From Cyanidioschyzon merolae (Eukaryota), in the NCBI GenBank assembly GCA_000091205.1, contig AP006493.2: DNA of 64,000 nt; one strand, 5' to 3'. The notes below the pieces were generated by a model. That model saw only the letters and a list, made by a program, of their open reading frames with translations. It was not told the DNA's origin and ran no database searches. Shown piece after piece: positions 30,237-41,513 of the stretch. Position 1 is the first letter of the stretch. Each line of letters starts with the position of its first letter. A program made the translations under genes and the position numbers.

Positions 30237-32410
30237 AACACCATGGAACGCGGCATACTTCCGGTTCGATCATGAAGAATTGTCCTCGTAAATGTTCAGA
30301 GCATGCAATCGTTTCGCGATCACGAATTTTGCTGCGCAAGGGCTTCAGAGGATGTCGGCGTGCTCGCGATATCAGCGCGGTATCGGACGCTCGTGTGGGA
30401 TGCGAACTGCTTTGGCGCATCTCTTGGCCAACAATTTCAGATTGGCGCCTCTGACGCAAGCCAGCAGCGCATGGGTAAGTAGAAAAGATGCTTCAGATAC
30501 GGGGTATTTTCGGACAATGCCAGTGCGACACTTTTCACAGAGGTCTGGTTTGGCGTGCGAATGAAACGAGTTTCGGGTGTTCCGTCATCAAGCAGGCGCC
30601 TGCAGACCGCCATTGACACTGTATTCGAGTGCGCGTTTTCAGGTACTGCAAGCCGCACGAATGCTACGTGAGACGCGCCGCTGCGTCGAGCCGCACCGTC
30701 TCCCCCGACACAGCGCCCTGAATACAGCGAGTCGTATCGTAGGAAGCGGCGAATAGTTGCAGTGGATGCTACATCGCTTCAGATCAAACGTTCCAGATCA
30801 TCGAGGCAGCGTGGTGCACAGCTGGATTCCTGTAAACAGGGAAGAAACCTCCACAACGCGTTCGGGTATGGGATGCGCTTCTGGCGTGCGCTATGGACAG
30901 TTCAGGCAGGCCATGGAAAAGGGCTTGGCATCACGCGCACCCAGCAGCGTCAATTCACAACGACGCAGTTTGTCACGAGATGGCTGCTATGTTGACACTC
31001 GGCGCTGCGACGATATCGCTTCCATTTCATTTGCCATGCGGGGAATCGAGCAATGAGCGTCGCACTTGGCGGCGTGCTTCGCCGTCCGCAACGCGCAGCT
31101 ACCGCAGCTCGAGCGCCCAAGCACACCGCAGACCAAAATGGAGCACTGAACTGCTCGATGTGCTTTAGCAGTTCGATTTCTTGGACATTTTTGAGGTGCA
31201 CAGCCTCGAAGTACAAAATTTCGCACTAGGGGCTTACAGGTTCATACTCCATTCAAGCATTCTCGGGCGTCTTGTCGATGCGGATGCTTCGATACATCGG
31301 CGATGGCATTCGTGATGCCGAGGAAGGCAAGACGATTCGCAAAGCCCTCGAACACGGCATCGTACAATAACTGAGATCGTTATCCAGTTCATGGCTGCAA
31401 GCTCTCGCGCTTCCCTTTCGCTACTTGAAGCATGCTCAACTCATGTAGTCTTCATGCGTAAGATCTTCCTGCCTCAAGGCAAATATTTCGTACAACAAAG
31501 CTCGTAGCTAGGTTTAAGAGGAAAAATACTCGAGGCTGTCCATTGAAGATATCTTCACAAGTTCATGCTGAAAGCGCGCTGAGCTTTTTCACTAAATAAC
31601 GATGATTCCGGTTGAAGAACACATCCGCTTTTCTCTGTGGCCATTGACGAGCATGCATGCAGTATCTGCTTGATTTACCTCATGAGATGCGCCGTCGGAG
31701 GCGTGCATCCATTCTGTTTGCGTGGAGAAGGGGTTTTTGGACTCGGACTGGAGTCATTGCAGCGATTGCCCCTGGTGGAGCGTGCTTCACGCCATTGCGC
31801 GAAGAAAGTACAGACAGATCGAAGTTTCTCGACTTGAACTCCAGTCTGGGTTTTCCTTCTGGTACTTGTTTCGTCATCAACAACATTGCGCTAAAGAAAT
31901 TGCTCTATAAAAAATGGAACAGCGCGCGCTTGCGATGCGGCAGACAAGGCACTCGCCGAGGGCACCGCCCAGAATAAGATCGTCGTCCTAGATGCCACAT
32001 GCATCGCGGAAACCGAGGAAGCCATCGAGAAGCACCTGCAGTACCCGTCAAGGACCTGTACCCAGCACTGAAGCAAACCTGCACATACGCCCCAGGGCTG
32101 CCCTCGGAGCGGATTCCCCCAGCCAGATAGAAGCACCAGACCGCAGTCGAGTCGCACCGGTTCCAGGGAGGTACCGAGAGTGTATGCAAAGCAGATGCGC
32201 GCCTCAAGCGAACTGTAAGTCACAACCTCCGCTTGTCTATTCATTGTGTCGACAACGCAAGCAATTGGCGAAAGCGCGGATCTAGCACTGCCATCGACCT
32301 CTTTCGACTGCCTACAAGTAAAGCTGGAGCGAACGAAGAGACGCATATAATGAAAACCTTATATAAATTGGAAGGAAAAAAGGAAAGCAGTCGGAAAAAG
32401 GAAAAGCCTG

Positions 32411-34009
32411 GTGTTGATGACCCTAGGAAGCGGCCTGAACGTTGCTGTTGTTTACGCCCAACTGAGGTACATAGATCCTGCCTCCGTAAACCCGCTAGGT
32501 GCGTCGCGCTATCAGGAGCTACGGCGCCGACGCGCGCACAAGTCGTCGTTGCAGCACCGGCATCTGTGCGCACCAGCGCCACTTTTTTTCCTCTCTGCTA
32601 CTACGACTGCTGTTGCTGTTACTGCGTTTACTGTTGCTGCGCTACCGTTCGATACCAGCGTTCTGATCCGAAGTGCGTACACTTCGGTGTGCGGTTCGTT
32701 TCATCGAGCGAGGACTTGCGGCATGCAGACCCACGGTGTGCCATTTGCGCCAGACCCTACGCGTCAGTCTGCGAATCGACTACGGGTACCGACGGTGGCG
32801 ACGAACCCCGCAGCGCAGGTGCCGCCACCGGCCCCACCGCAGGGCCCGCACCACGACACCACGGTGTACCAGGAAGCACGACCCGCTGGCGACTTGCGCG
32901 TGCCGCGGGAAACCTGGAACTTGCAGGCTGGGAGCCTCGAGAACACCTTCAATGCTGGGGGCGCTTGGCAACCTCTGCAAAGTGAGGCAGTTGGTGCCCC
33001 CGGCGCGTTCTTCGAGCCGGTGTCATCGGCGGCGGCCCGTGATATTGGCTTCAGTAACGTAAGACTGCGTTCGGATAGCGCTGCTTACCAGCAACACGGG
33101 AAGAACATTTACGGACAGCAGTATTGGAACCAAATGTTTGGCAGTGGTCAAGCCCTGACTTCCATGGTGAGTCAGTTTGCTCGCGTGGCATGGATGAACA
33201 TGAGCGGCACATCGCCGCAGGCAACCCAGGGAGCCAGCGTGTCTCCGGATGCCGGCATCTGTCCACAGAGTTGGGCGTTTTACGGAATCCCAAAAGTTTA
33301 TTTTCAGGTCGATGTGGGATACGTCATGCGAAAGCTGTTGATTCTGTTTTTCCCTTTCTACCACCGGTCCTGGTCTCGAAAACGAAAACCGATCGATCCG
33401 TTTGTGAACCCGATGGACCCGGATGCAGCTATCCAGCATACGACGCAGCGCTTGCTTCCACCGAGCGAGGACCCGAATGCACCCGATCTATACATTCCAG
33501 CGATGTCGTTCGTAACCTATGTGCTGCTTGTCGGCTTGCTGCGTGGAGCGGAGGGCAAGTTTACGCCTCAAGCTATGGGCGAATGGGCATCGATGGGCCT
33601 AATTGTCATCGTTTTGGAGGTGTTGCTCATCCGTGTGGCGCTCTTCCTAGCGCAGGGTCCGTCGGTGCCATGGTTCGATCTGATCGCATATTCGGGGTAC
33701 AAGTTCGCGGGGCTCGCCTTTGCGACCGCGTCTACGCTTTTGGCTTCACGGCTCACGCATGGTCGAACTTATGTGTCATTAGCAGTGTTGCTCTATGTCT
33801 CCCTGATGATGGGTCTATTCTTACTTCGCTCATTCAGAAGACTGCTCCGTTCGGAGAATCCAAGCGGGGATATGTCAACGATGGCGGCATACGATCCGAC
33901 ATCATGGGACACTCAGCAAGCTCGACGCAACTATGTGCTGCTCTTCATCGCGCTGTTGCAAATCCCCATCTATTTGCTTCTTGGCGTGCAAACCTGGCGT
34001 CATTTATAG
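32411..34009 (+). CDS. YIF1: YIF1 (Yip1-interacting factor) ER/Golgi membrane protein, with long low-complexity N-terminal region
   Basis: '[25 protein letters not shown]', '[26 protein letters not shown]', '[23 protein letters not shown]' match the YIF1 core ([22 protein letters not shown]...[22 protein letters not shown]...LLAYSGYKYVGMI). The true start is possibly internal (e.g. Met near 32723). Confidence 0.8.
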   Translation: [532 protein letters not shown]

Positions 34010-35054
34010 TTGGGGCGTTCGCGCGACAGAGCGCACAGGCCTCGTTGACGCAAGTGCACATTCGCGGTGGCGGCATCCATGAAGGCCGCCAGCGCGGCCT
34101 ACGAACTCCATGTGCTCTGCTCCAACAAGCGGTACACGTGCACCCGTCACACTGGAAATTCCGAGTCGTTACGCTCGAGAATTTCGACTTTTTGGAGCAC
34201 CATACTCGTTCATCCACTGCCACGGAACCGGTCCCAGGTGTGTAGATGCGGCGCCCCGGCCTTGCTGACTCGCTGAACCGTCCCATACCAGTGGCGTACC
34301 CCACGCGAGAATCCAAGCCTATCTCTCATGGCCACTGATATGTTTTCATCGAAAATCATCAGCGTTTCACGACGATGCCGCCGCTGAGTCCTAAAAGACT
34401 CGATCGACACTTCGCTTGACACAAAGCCGCTCACCGCTCCAAAAGCACCAACCGTTCCCAAATGTTGATCGCGGCATTCAGGGGTCGGAGCAGATGGTGC
34501 TGGCGCGCACGGTCGCTGGTGGAATCAAACCATGGCAAGTCGCTCGCCTTCGACTACCCAAGAATCTGTCCTTCGGTAACCCGTGCGGCACATAAAATCG
34601 TGCATCCATCTGTGTTTCATCCTCATCTTTTCTACATGTTTCAGCGTGAACCGGTGCTCATGGTGCGTGCGTGTTGTCCTCGACTCATCGTTGTGTATCC
34701 ACTGAATCGATTCCTGCAGTCACTCGATGCCAACGTCGAAGGATCAGTAGTACAGCGCGCCCGGCGCCATGGGCTATCACCAAAGGAAGCGACTTTTCTG
34801 TGATTTGTCTGTCTACAATGATTGAATTGATTGCCAAGTGCACGCATCGCGCCTCTATAGAGCCGAAACTGTTGGCGACCACAGCTGATGTCTTTCGCTC
34901 CTTCCAAAAATCGTCCGAATGAGCCGTTTGGGGCACTGGTGTACTCGTCGAACGAAGCGTTCACAGCATCCCGATCAGTTCAATACAATGGTCAGCATGT
35001 CGAAACGGACAAAGAAGCAGTCACTCGTCTTCTTGGTATACCTCCGGGTGTCCA

Positions 35055-35537
35055 TCAAGACTGACGTCCGGTGATGACCAACCCTGCAACGTTGAGCCGC
35101 TTCACCTGCTTTTCGTTCAGGCTTTTCGCTCCGTCCGCTGGATAGAGTCGTATGGTGACGTCCATGGCGCCTTTCCACCCGGGATCCGCGCCAGCCCCGA
35201 AGTGTTTCTCTGCATCTACTCTGAACGGCTGGAATCGAGTGTCGTCGCTCGACTGAGGCCTAGATCTCACGAAGCGCATGCCAACTGATATACTCTCTGC
35301 CTCTACCGCCACTGTGAACATCTCTCCATTTCCATGCTGCAAACGAGAAACCCTCGAGCGAGCCTCGTTAGTGCTCTTCGCGAAGCGGTTCGAATGCAGG
35401 ATGCGTAGTCGCAGAGACGAGCCGCAGCACATTGATAACGCCCTCAGTACACTATACGAGTGTCTGCCATGAAAGAATGGGTCATGGTCCGACATATACG
35501 AGCCGCGTCCTATCGAGGCTTGCGAATTCGTGAGCAC
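35055..35537 (-). CDS. hypothetical protein (unassigned)
   Basis: 160-aa ORF in an ORF-poor interval; no recognisable motif. Kept only as a candidate. Confidence 0.15.
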   Translation of the reverse strand: MLTNSQASIGRGSYMSDHDPFFHGRHSYSVLRALSMCCGSSLRLRILHSNRFAKSTNEARSRVSRLQHGNGEMFTVAVEAESISVGMRFVRSRPQSSDDTRFQPFRVDAEKHFGAGADPGWKGAMDVTIRLYPADGAKSLNEKQVKRLNVAGLVITGRQS

Positions 35538-37130
35538 AAAAATGCCCGTAAGGCACGTGCATTGCTCTGAAGGGCTCTGCTTATGAAAATCTAGCTACAC
35601 GAGATTCAAGAAAGCCGGGAATCACACTCAAAGAATCCTTTGGATACGACTTGGGTGGTCGTGGCGCTCTAAGCGACACGATGAGGCTGGGCGGTCTGCA
35701 GCGACTCCTGACCTCGCAGCAGCATCTCCTCCGAACTCGAACCAGATTCGATCGCTTCCGTCACCAGCTCGTCGTTTGCCTCTATCGAAACCGCAGGAAA
35801 TCCTTCCACCAGTCACCGTGTCTCGGGTCCAGTGTTTTGAGGGTATAACGCTCTTGGCGTGCGCCTCATAAAACGCTCCACAAGGACAGACACATGCGTT
35901 TGGTCATTGAGACTGGTTTCATTCTTAATTGCATATGGACCGCAGATTTCCTTCGATCCCGGATGGAGTGCGGCGATGCGTCAGGGTATTCGAGGAGGCG
36001 AATGTTGAAACCTCGTTTCCGATGATCAGGCTTTAGTGCTTCCTTTGCTCTCGCGTTAGGTGTCACGCGAAGGTATGATCGAGGAATACGGAAGGAACAT
36101 GGACAGCGGGCAGCCTTGCGTACATAGCTCGTACAAAGCGTTGGTTGACGAAGTGCGTCAACACAATCGAAGCTCAGCGAGCCTTCCTCGAGTAACAAGC
36201 GACGCGATCCCCAATGGCGACCTGCGTCTCACGTTTTGGAAGATTCCCCCAGTTGATGTATACTGGCAGGGACAGCCCGTTGACGGATTCAGAAGGATTT
36301 CTCAGCCTCGGCAATGCTTCCATCCTACAGGACCTGGTCCACCTGCCGGGAGGATCCTTTACTGATTCATCAGGTGGTTGCCTCTCCTCTTCGTTTACTT
36401 GCCTGGGCAGCATTCAAATGTTCGCGGCACTCTATATCAGGTTTTGCTGTGGATGCAGACACACTCCATGGAAGGTGAGGCTGAAACGCGCTCACTGTCT
36501 GTACGGATCCCCGATTCCTATAACGCAGCTGTTCGTCACTTCAAAGTCGCGTGCGTGCCGACGGACCAAAGCGCATTTCTCAGCGCTCTCGACCCGAGAC
36601 GCAGTAGTGCGGTGCAGAGCTGATGAAAGTAGAGAACGACTCGACGAGCAACTGTTTCATGGATGCGAGCGACTCGCCTAGAAATCTGTGAGCGTGAAAA
36701 TGGCGTTTGCCAATACAAAAGACGCCTTGGAATGGATGGAACTGTGGCGGATAGGCTCGAACGAAGAGCAGCTCAACGTCGCTGGAAGCCGTTTACATTT
36801 TCGCGGCTTTTGAGTGAATTTATAATAAACCAGGACAGGAGAATGCGTCAACGATCGATGAGCTGTTGAAAGACGCCGTCCGCTTGGCGAGTTGTTGGCG
36901 ACAACGTGACAGCATCGCTGCTAGAGCCATCGCTGCTAGAGCTGACGTTCACAGCATGCTCGCGTATCGCGTTTTACGATCAGTGTTTTGTCCCTCTTTG
37001 AATGCCCATAGGCAGGCCTGTCACTTCCCCTGAATCATGGTTCGTCGAATGTGACAAACCCGTGTTCATCGTGTAATTAGCGTTCAGATAAAAGCACGAA
37101 ACCCGTTTGGAGAGGTTCAGCGAGCGTCCG

Positions 37131-37475
37131 TCAACCATTGATGCCGGTGTTTTTCTTCATCCATCCAATGCCCTTCATCACCGTTCGTATCAACAGTACG
37201 GAAAATAAAACTTTTGTGGCTTTTTTCATTCCATTTCGTAGAGAACGTCTAGAATGGGAATGGAATGCCGAAGAAACATTTGTCCAGCTAAACTTGGCGA
37301 GGTTCTCTTTTGTTGCATGACGTTCACCATAAAATCTCCGAGGAGGGTGCTCCATCCACCTGCTGACCGCAGAATGACTGACTTGGATTATGAAGCTAGT
37401 TGTTTCATCAGGTACTGGAGGTGTTTTTACGTCTTTTCGCGAAGTTTCTTCAATCTCCCGGACACAATCCTTCAA
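37131..37475 (-). mobile_element. decayed transposon fragment, copy 3 of the repeat family (N-terminal-proximal segment)
   Basis: Nucleotide similarity to 54400-54500 ('CATCCAATGCCCTTCATCACCGTTCGTATCAACAGTACGGAAA' vs 'CATCCAATGCTCTTCATCGTCGTTCGAATCAAAGGCACGGAAA', and 'AGAATGGGAATGGAATGCC' vs 'ATGGAGTGGAATGGATTACC'). Plus-strand peptides 'FFFIHPMPFITVRINSTENK' and 'FFDHPMLFIVVRIKGTETSH' correspond. Confidence 0.5.
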
Positions 37476-39559
37476 TGGAGTACTGGTGATGAAAACGTTC
37501 GCGCCGGAAAAAGTATTCCAGAATTCACTGTTATGAGTCTAGAGCCCCGGGCCTGCTATGTTGCATACGGCAAACGCTGTATCTTACGGGCGCTCGTAGT
37601 CGAGAGAACGTTCTTTGCGCTGTGGCAAACCATCGTATACGGCATCTTGTCTATGCAGTCTCTGTGGGTATATGTTCCAGACTCGAAAAGACGTGCCCGC
37701 ATAGCTTTTGCATCTATTGCTCCTTAATTCGGAGGGGGACGCTCCCACGCTGTATCCAATGCAGGTTCATTCTAGGCGTTTTATCGTGTCACGAGTCGGG
37801 GTACCAATGCAACTCCAGAGTCACGGTGTCGCGTTACACCCGGGTCATTCTTAAATCCAACAGGTCCTCTAATGATGGCGTATGCAGCTCGTTTCTGGGC
37901 CTCGCCGCATTGTCATCAACACCAGCTCCTTAGAGCTTTCCCTTAACTGCTCCCATTTTCTCTCTGTTAACTGCGGTTTTCCATCCGCCAGTCCGTCCGC
38001 CCTCTTCAGTTCCGTTACCAACAGCCGAAGAATGTTGATGGCAGCACTCAAGTCCGGATTTCGCTGATTCCGGCTAGAGTCGATTCAGTGGATGCACACC
38101 GTTGCGATCTACGCTTCGCTTGCATGTTCATCTGGTTTGTACGCAGCGTCGATGAACGGCCTTCGCAGCAGCGACACTCGATTGCGGTCAGGTGTCCCCA
38201 TGAGTCCATTATATATCCTTTTCCCATGGCTGCACTGCAACGCATGAGCGCATGCTTCATAGATCGATGCATGTCCTTGACGGCTACAGAGCGCTGGTCT
38301 TGATGCGCTCCTCCGTTTCCGCGCCCTGTGCCGTACCCTACGATCACGAGCTTGCAGCGGGCAAGGCCCTGGTCGAATACTCTGTCCGCTGCAAGTGCAA
38401 GCACAATCTTCTCGATTTCGATTGAGGATTTCCGCGACGCAATCTTGCTCGTGATGAACTGAGTAGCGGAAGGAAAATCCGGGCTGAAGAACAAGTCCAG
38501 CCAATGTCGACACGTCTACATTCCCTTCGTCAGAGGCATTGACAAAGTCTCCAATGCAAGCGACCGCTCCGATGAATACAGACTGGGTCCAAGACCCTTT
38601 TGCGTGAAACAGGAGTGACGGGAACCTATGGGAGCATTCCCGAAAACAGTAACATGCTGCTGATGTCGAATGCCTTGTCATCAAAGGCCACCAGGAGAGG
38701 CGGATTTTTCTTCCGCACAGAGTCGATTACTTGAAGTTACAAAGTCAGTGAACTTTCCGCTTGGGCTTGCGAACAAGTCATCACAAGCCGACGTCAAGAA
38801 ATGTGACTCGTCTACCTAGCGGCACGAAATGCTCCATTCACGAGTTACGTTGAAACGGAAAGATGCAGAAAGGTAAGAACGCTCGATCTGAACACACTTC
38901 AAATAAGCAAAGAAGAAGCTTGCGAGCACTTCAGTGTTCCATTTTAAGCTGACAATACATCTAGCACCCAGAACGTCACTGAGTCCGATCTCCAACCATA
39001 AGTCGCGGTCCGAAAAGCGATGCTGAACGAGGAGCTTGTACGCTGTACGGGGATTCACGCAGCGCGAATGCTTCACGCTCGGGGTTCGGTCCCCGATCCA
39101 GTTGGTTTCAAGGCTCCATCAGCATCCCGTTTCATTCACCGTTCATCATCTAGTGTACGGACGGGCACCCGCATTGCGTCAGCTGCTCACGAGACACCAG
39201 CAACTTCACCATCGCTATCGATAGGCGCAGCGCCCCCGGTGCTGCCTCATGCATCTGAGCGCTGATCCCATCGAGCGTACGGATCCAAAGCTCATGGAAC
39301 GTCGTCACATTCGGAAAAGTGCCACGACCTCCTTCCCTGATGCCGATACCCATTGCGAACCCGACAGGCCCCATTCCATGCATCAATAGAGAAAAACGTT
39401 CTTCGATCAACGAAACATCAACAGTTTACCGTGATCCCGGATTCGAGGCACCAGCGTTGACGCGCTGGCGGGCGCAACGTCGATGCAGTCGCCGTCGCAG
39501 GTGTGCATCGTTACGAAGCGCCTCCTACGGCGACGTCCTGACTGACCCTGCGACCTCAT

Positions 39560-40348
39560 ATGATGCGTCACGTGCCGTGCTTCTTGTATTCCTTTCTAGG
39601 TAACAGCTCCACCGCGCGTCGGACTGATGTACAGCGTGCTCGGCACTTGCAGGCACAGCTGAGCACTGCTTGCTGGCGACGGGCACAGCGAACGCGCACA
39701 GCACAAGGCCTCGGTGACGGCTGCAGGGTGGCGTTCTGGCGAGGCGTCCCCAGGAGGCCAGTCGCAGAGCGATGGTGGAGTCCTCGAATGGACGTCAACT
39801 CGAATGACTTTCGCGTAGGCTTGACGATAGAAGTGGATGGTTCACCGTTTAAAGTGATCGAGCACTTGCACGTCAAGCCGGGCAAAGGGGCTGCTTTTGT
39901 GCGCACCAAACTGAAGAATCTGCTCACCGGAAATACGATGGAACGAACGTTTCGAGCTGGTGAAACAGTTCCAGAAGCACAAGTAGAAAAGTTTGAGGCC
40001 CAGTATACGTATTCAGCCGAAAATGAATACGTGTTCATGAACATGGCGACTTTCGAGGAGGAGCACGTGCCCAACGAAGTGGTCGGTGATACGGCCAAGT
40101 ATCTGCGCGTGGGGCAAGACGTCTCAGTCACGAAATGGAACGGGAAGCCCATTGAAGTCGAGGTTCCAGCGACGCTGACCTTGGAAGTTGTTGAGACGGA
40201 TCCAGGCGTGCGCGGAAATACGGCTCAAGGCGGATCCAAGCCAGCGAAACTGGAGACCGGCGTCGTCGTCCAGGTGCCGTTGTTTATCGAGGTTGGCGAG
40301 AAAATCAAAGTGGACACGAGAACTGGCTCCTATCTATCGCGGGGATAG
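39560..40348 (+). CDS. efp: bacterial-type translation elongation factor P (EF-P) with ~76-aa N-terminal transit-peptide-like extension
   Basis: From Met at ~39788: 'MDVNSNDFRVGLTIEVDGSPFKVIEHLHVKPGKGAAFVRTKLKNLLTGNTMERTFRAGE...' is collinear with bacterial EF-P over its full length, including the KPGKG modification loop. C-terminal 'GEKIKVDTRTGSYLSRG'. Confidence 0.9.
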   Translation: MMRHVPCFLYSFLGNSSTARRTDVQRARHLQAQLSTACWRRAQRTRTAQGLGDGCRVAFWRGVPRRPVAERWWSPRMDVNSNDFRVGLTIEVDGSPFKVIEHLHVKPGKGAAFVRTKLKNLLTGNTMERTFRAGETVPEAQVEKFEAQYTYSAENEYVFMNMATFEEEHVPNEVVGDTAKYLRVGQDVSVTKWNGKPIEVEVPATLTLEVVETDPGVRGNTAQGGSKPAKLETGVVVQVPLFIEVGEKIKVDTRTGSYLSRG

Positions 40349-40361
40349 CACACGATGCCCT

Positions 40362-40561
40362 GCAGCAGCAGCAGCAGCAGCCGTCACAGAATGACGCGTT
40401 GACGCCGGCTGCCTCGCCAGCGACAAGTGCCCGGCTGCAGATATCGGCATCGAATCGAAAGGAACTGTAGGGTTACGATTCCTCAGTGAGGCATGCTTGG
40501 GCACGGAGCTGCATCGTTGAGGCGCGCTCAACAGTATGCACTGGCAGCAGCAGCAGCAGCA
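40362..40561. repeat. two (CAG)n tracts ((CAG)6 at 40362-40381; (CAG)5-6 at 40544-40561) in direct orientation
   Basis: Direct reading; they lie in the convergent 3' intergenic region between efp (+) and the iPGM gene (-). Confidence 0.8.
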
Positions 40562-41513
40562 CGCGGAAAGGTCGTGGAACGGCGCCTCTTGGACTACATG
40601 TCGCATGCACGAGGCGGGTGCTCGGCCTACTCATGACTAGCGAGAGCGTTTGCATATATCCGTGCGGAACGCGCATCCAAAGGCCCGCGCTTGTTTCCTT
40701 TCTAACCAGGTGGCATCGGTGATGTGCACGAGTCGTTGCCCTGCTATGTGGTCAATGTTCATGCACGGCGATGCGCTCCTCACGCGCTTCATTTGCCGAA
40801 CAGATGCGTATTCTCCACTCTGCTGGGTACTTTGCCTCAGGAGGGACGCATGGGGAAAGCAAGTGATCGGTGCAGGCTGGTAGGTACCTCTTGCAGTGTG
40901 TGAATCTCCAAAAGCGATTTGTGGGGCAATGCACAGGCGGTATCGTCCACGCACACCGTATTTCGAACACATGCGGACTGGAGTTCGTCTGCGCCCCGAA
41001 TGGAACTGCTGCACCACGGAACGAGGCATGGAAAGGGCGTTGGTGCCGGCGAGCAGGGTCTCAAACAAACGAGTTTGCTCCGGTTACAACCTGTTATGGG
41101 GATGTGCGTCCTGCCGTCTCTGCAAGACGATTCGACACAAGCCATCCCATCGCTGCGCAAATACGGCTTGATGCAGTAGGGAATCATCGGCAATGTTGCG
41201 CAGCGCGCGCTCTAGGAACGTCGTTTAAACTGCTCCTGAGGGACCTGTTTCGTTTTACACACTACATGCGAGGTACGGCGCCTGGAAGGCAGCCATACCG
41301 CTGCTGTGCCTGCCGCAACGGCACGGGACGCAGGTGCTGCAGAGCCAGCAACTACATTGCCCTGCGGATTCCCGTCGACGGGTCGTGCAGCGGCGCCTGT
41401 CCCTGTCAGCAACGGCGTGCATGCTCGCGGAGCGGCTGCTCAATGCACCAGGCAAACGAAGAACAAACGGCATGCATCCGGGTAACACCAGTTCTCGTGC
41501 ATTTTGCTGCTGC

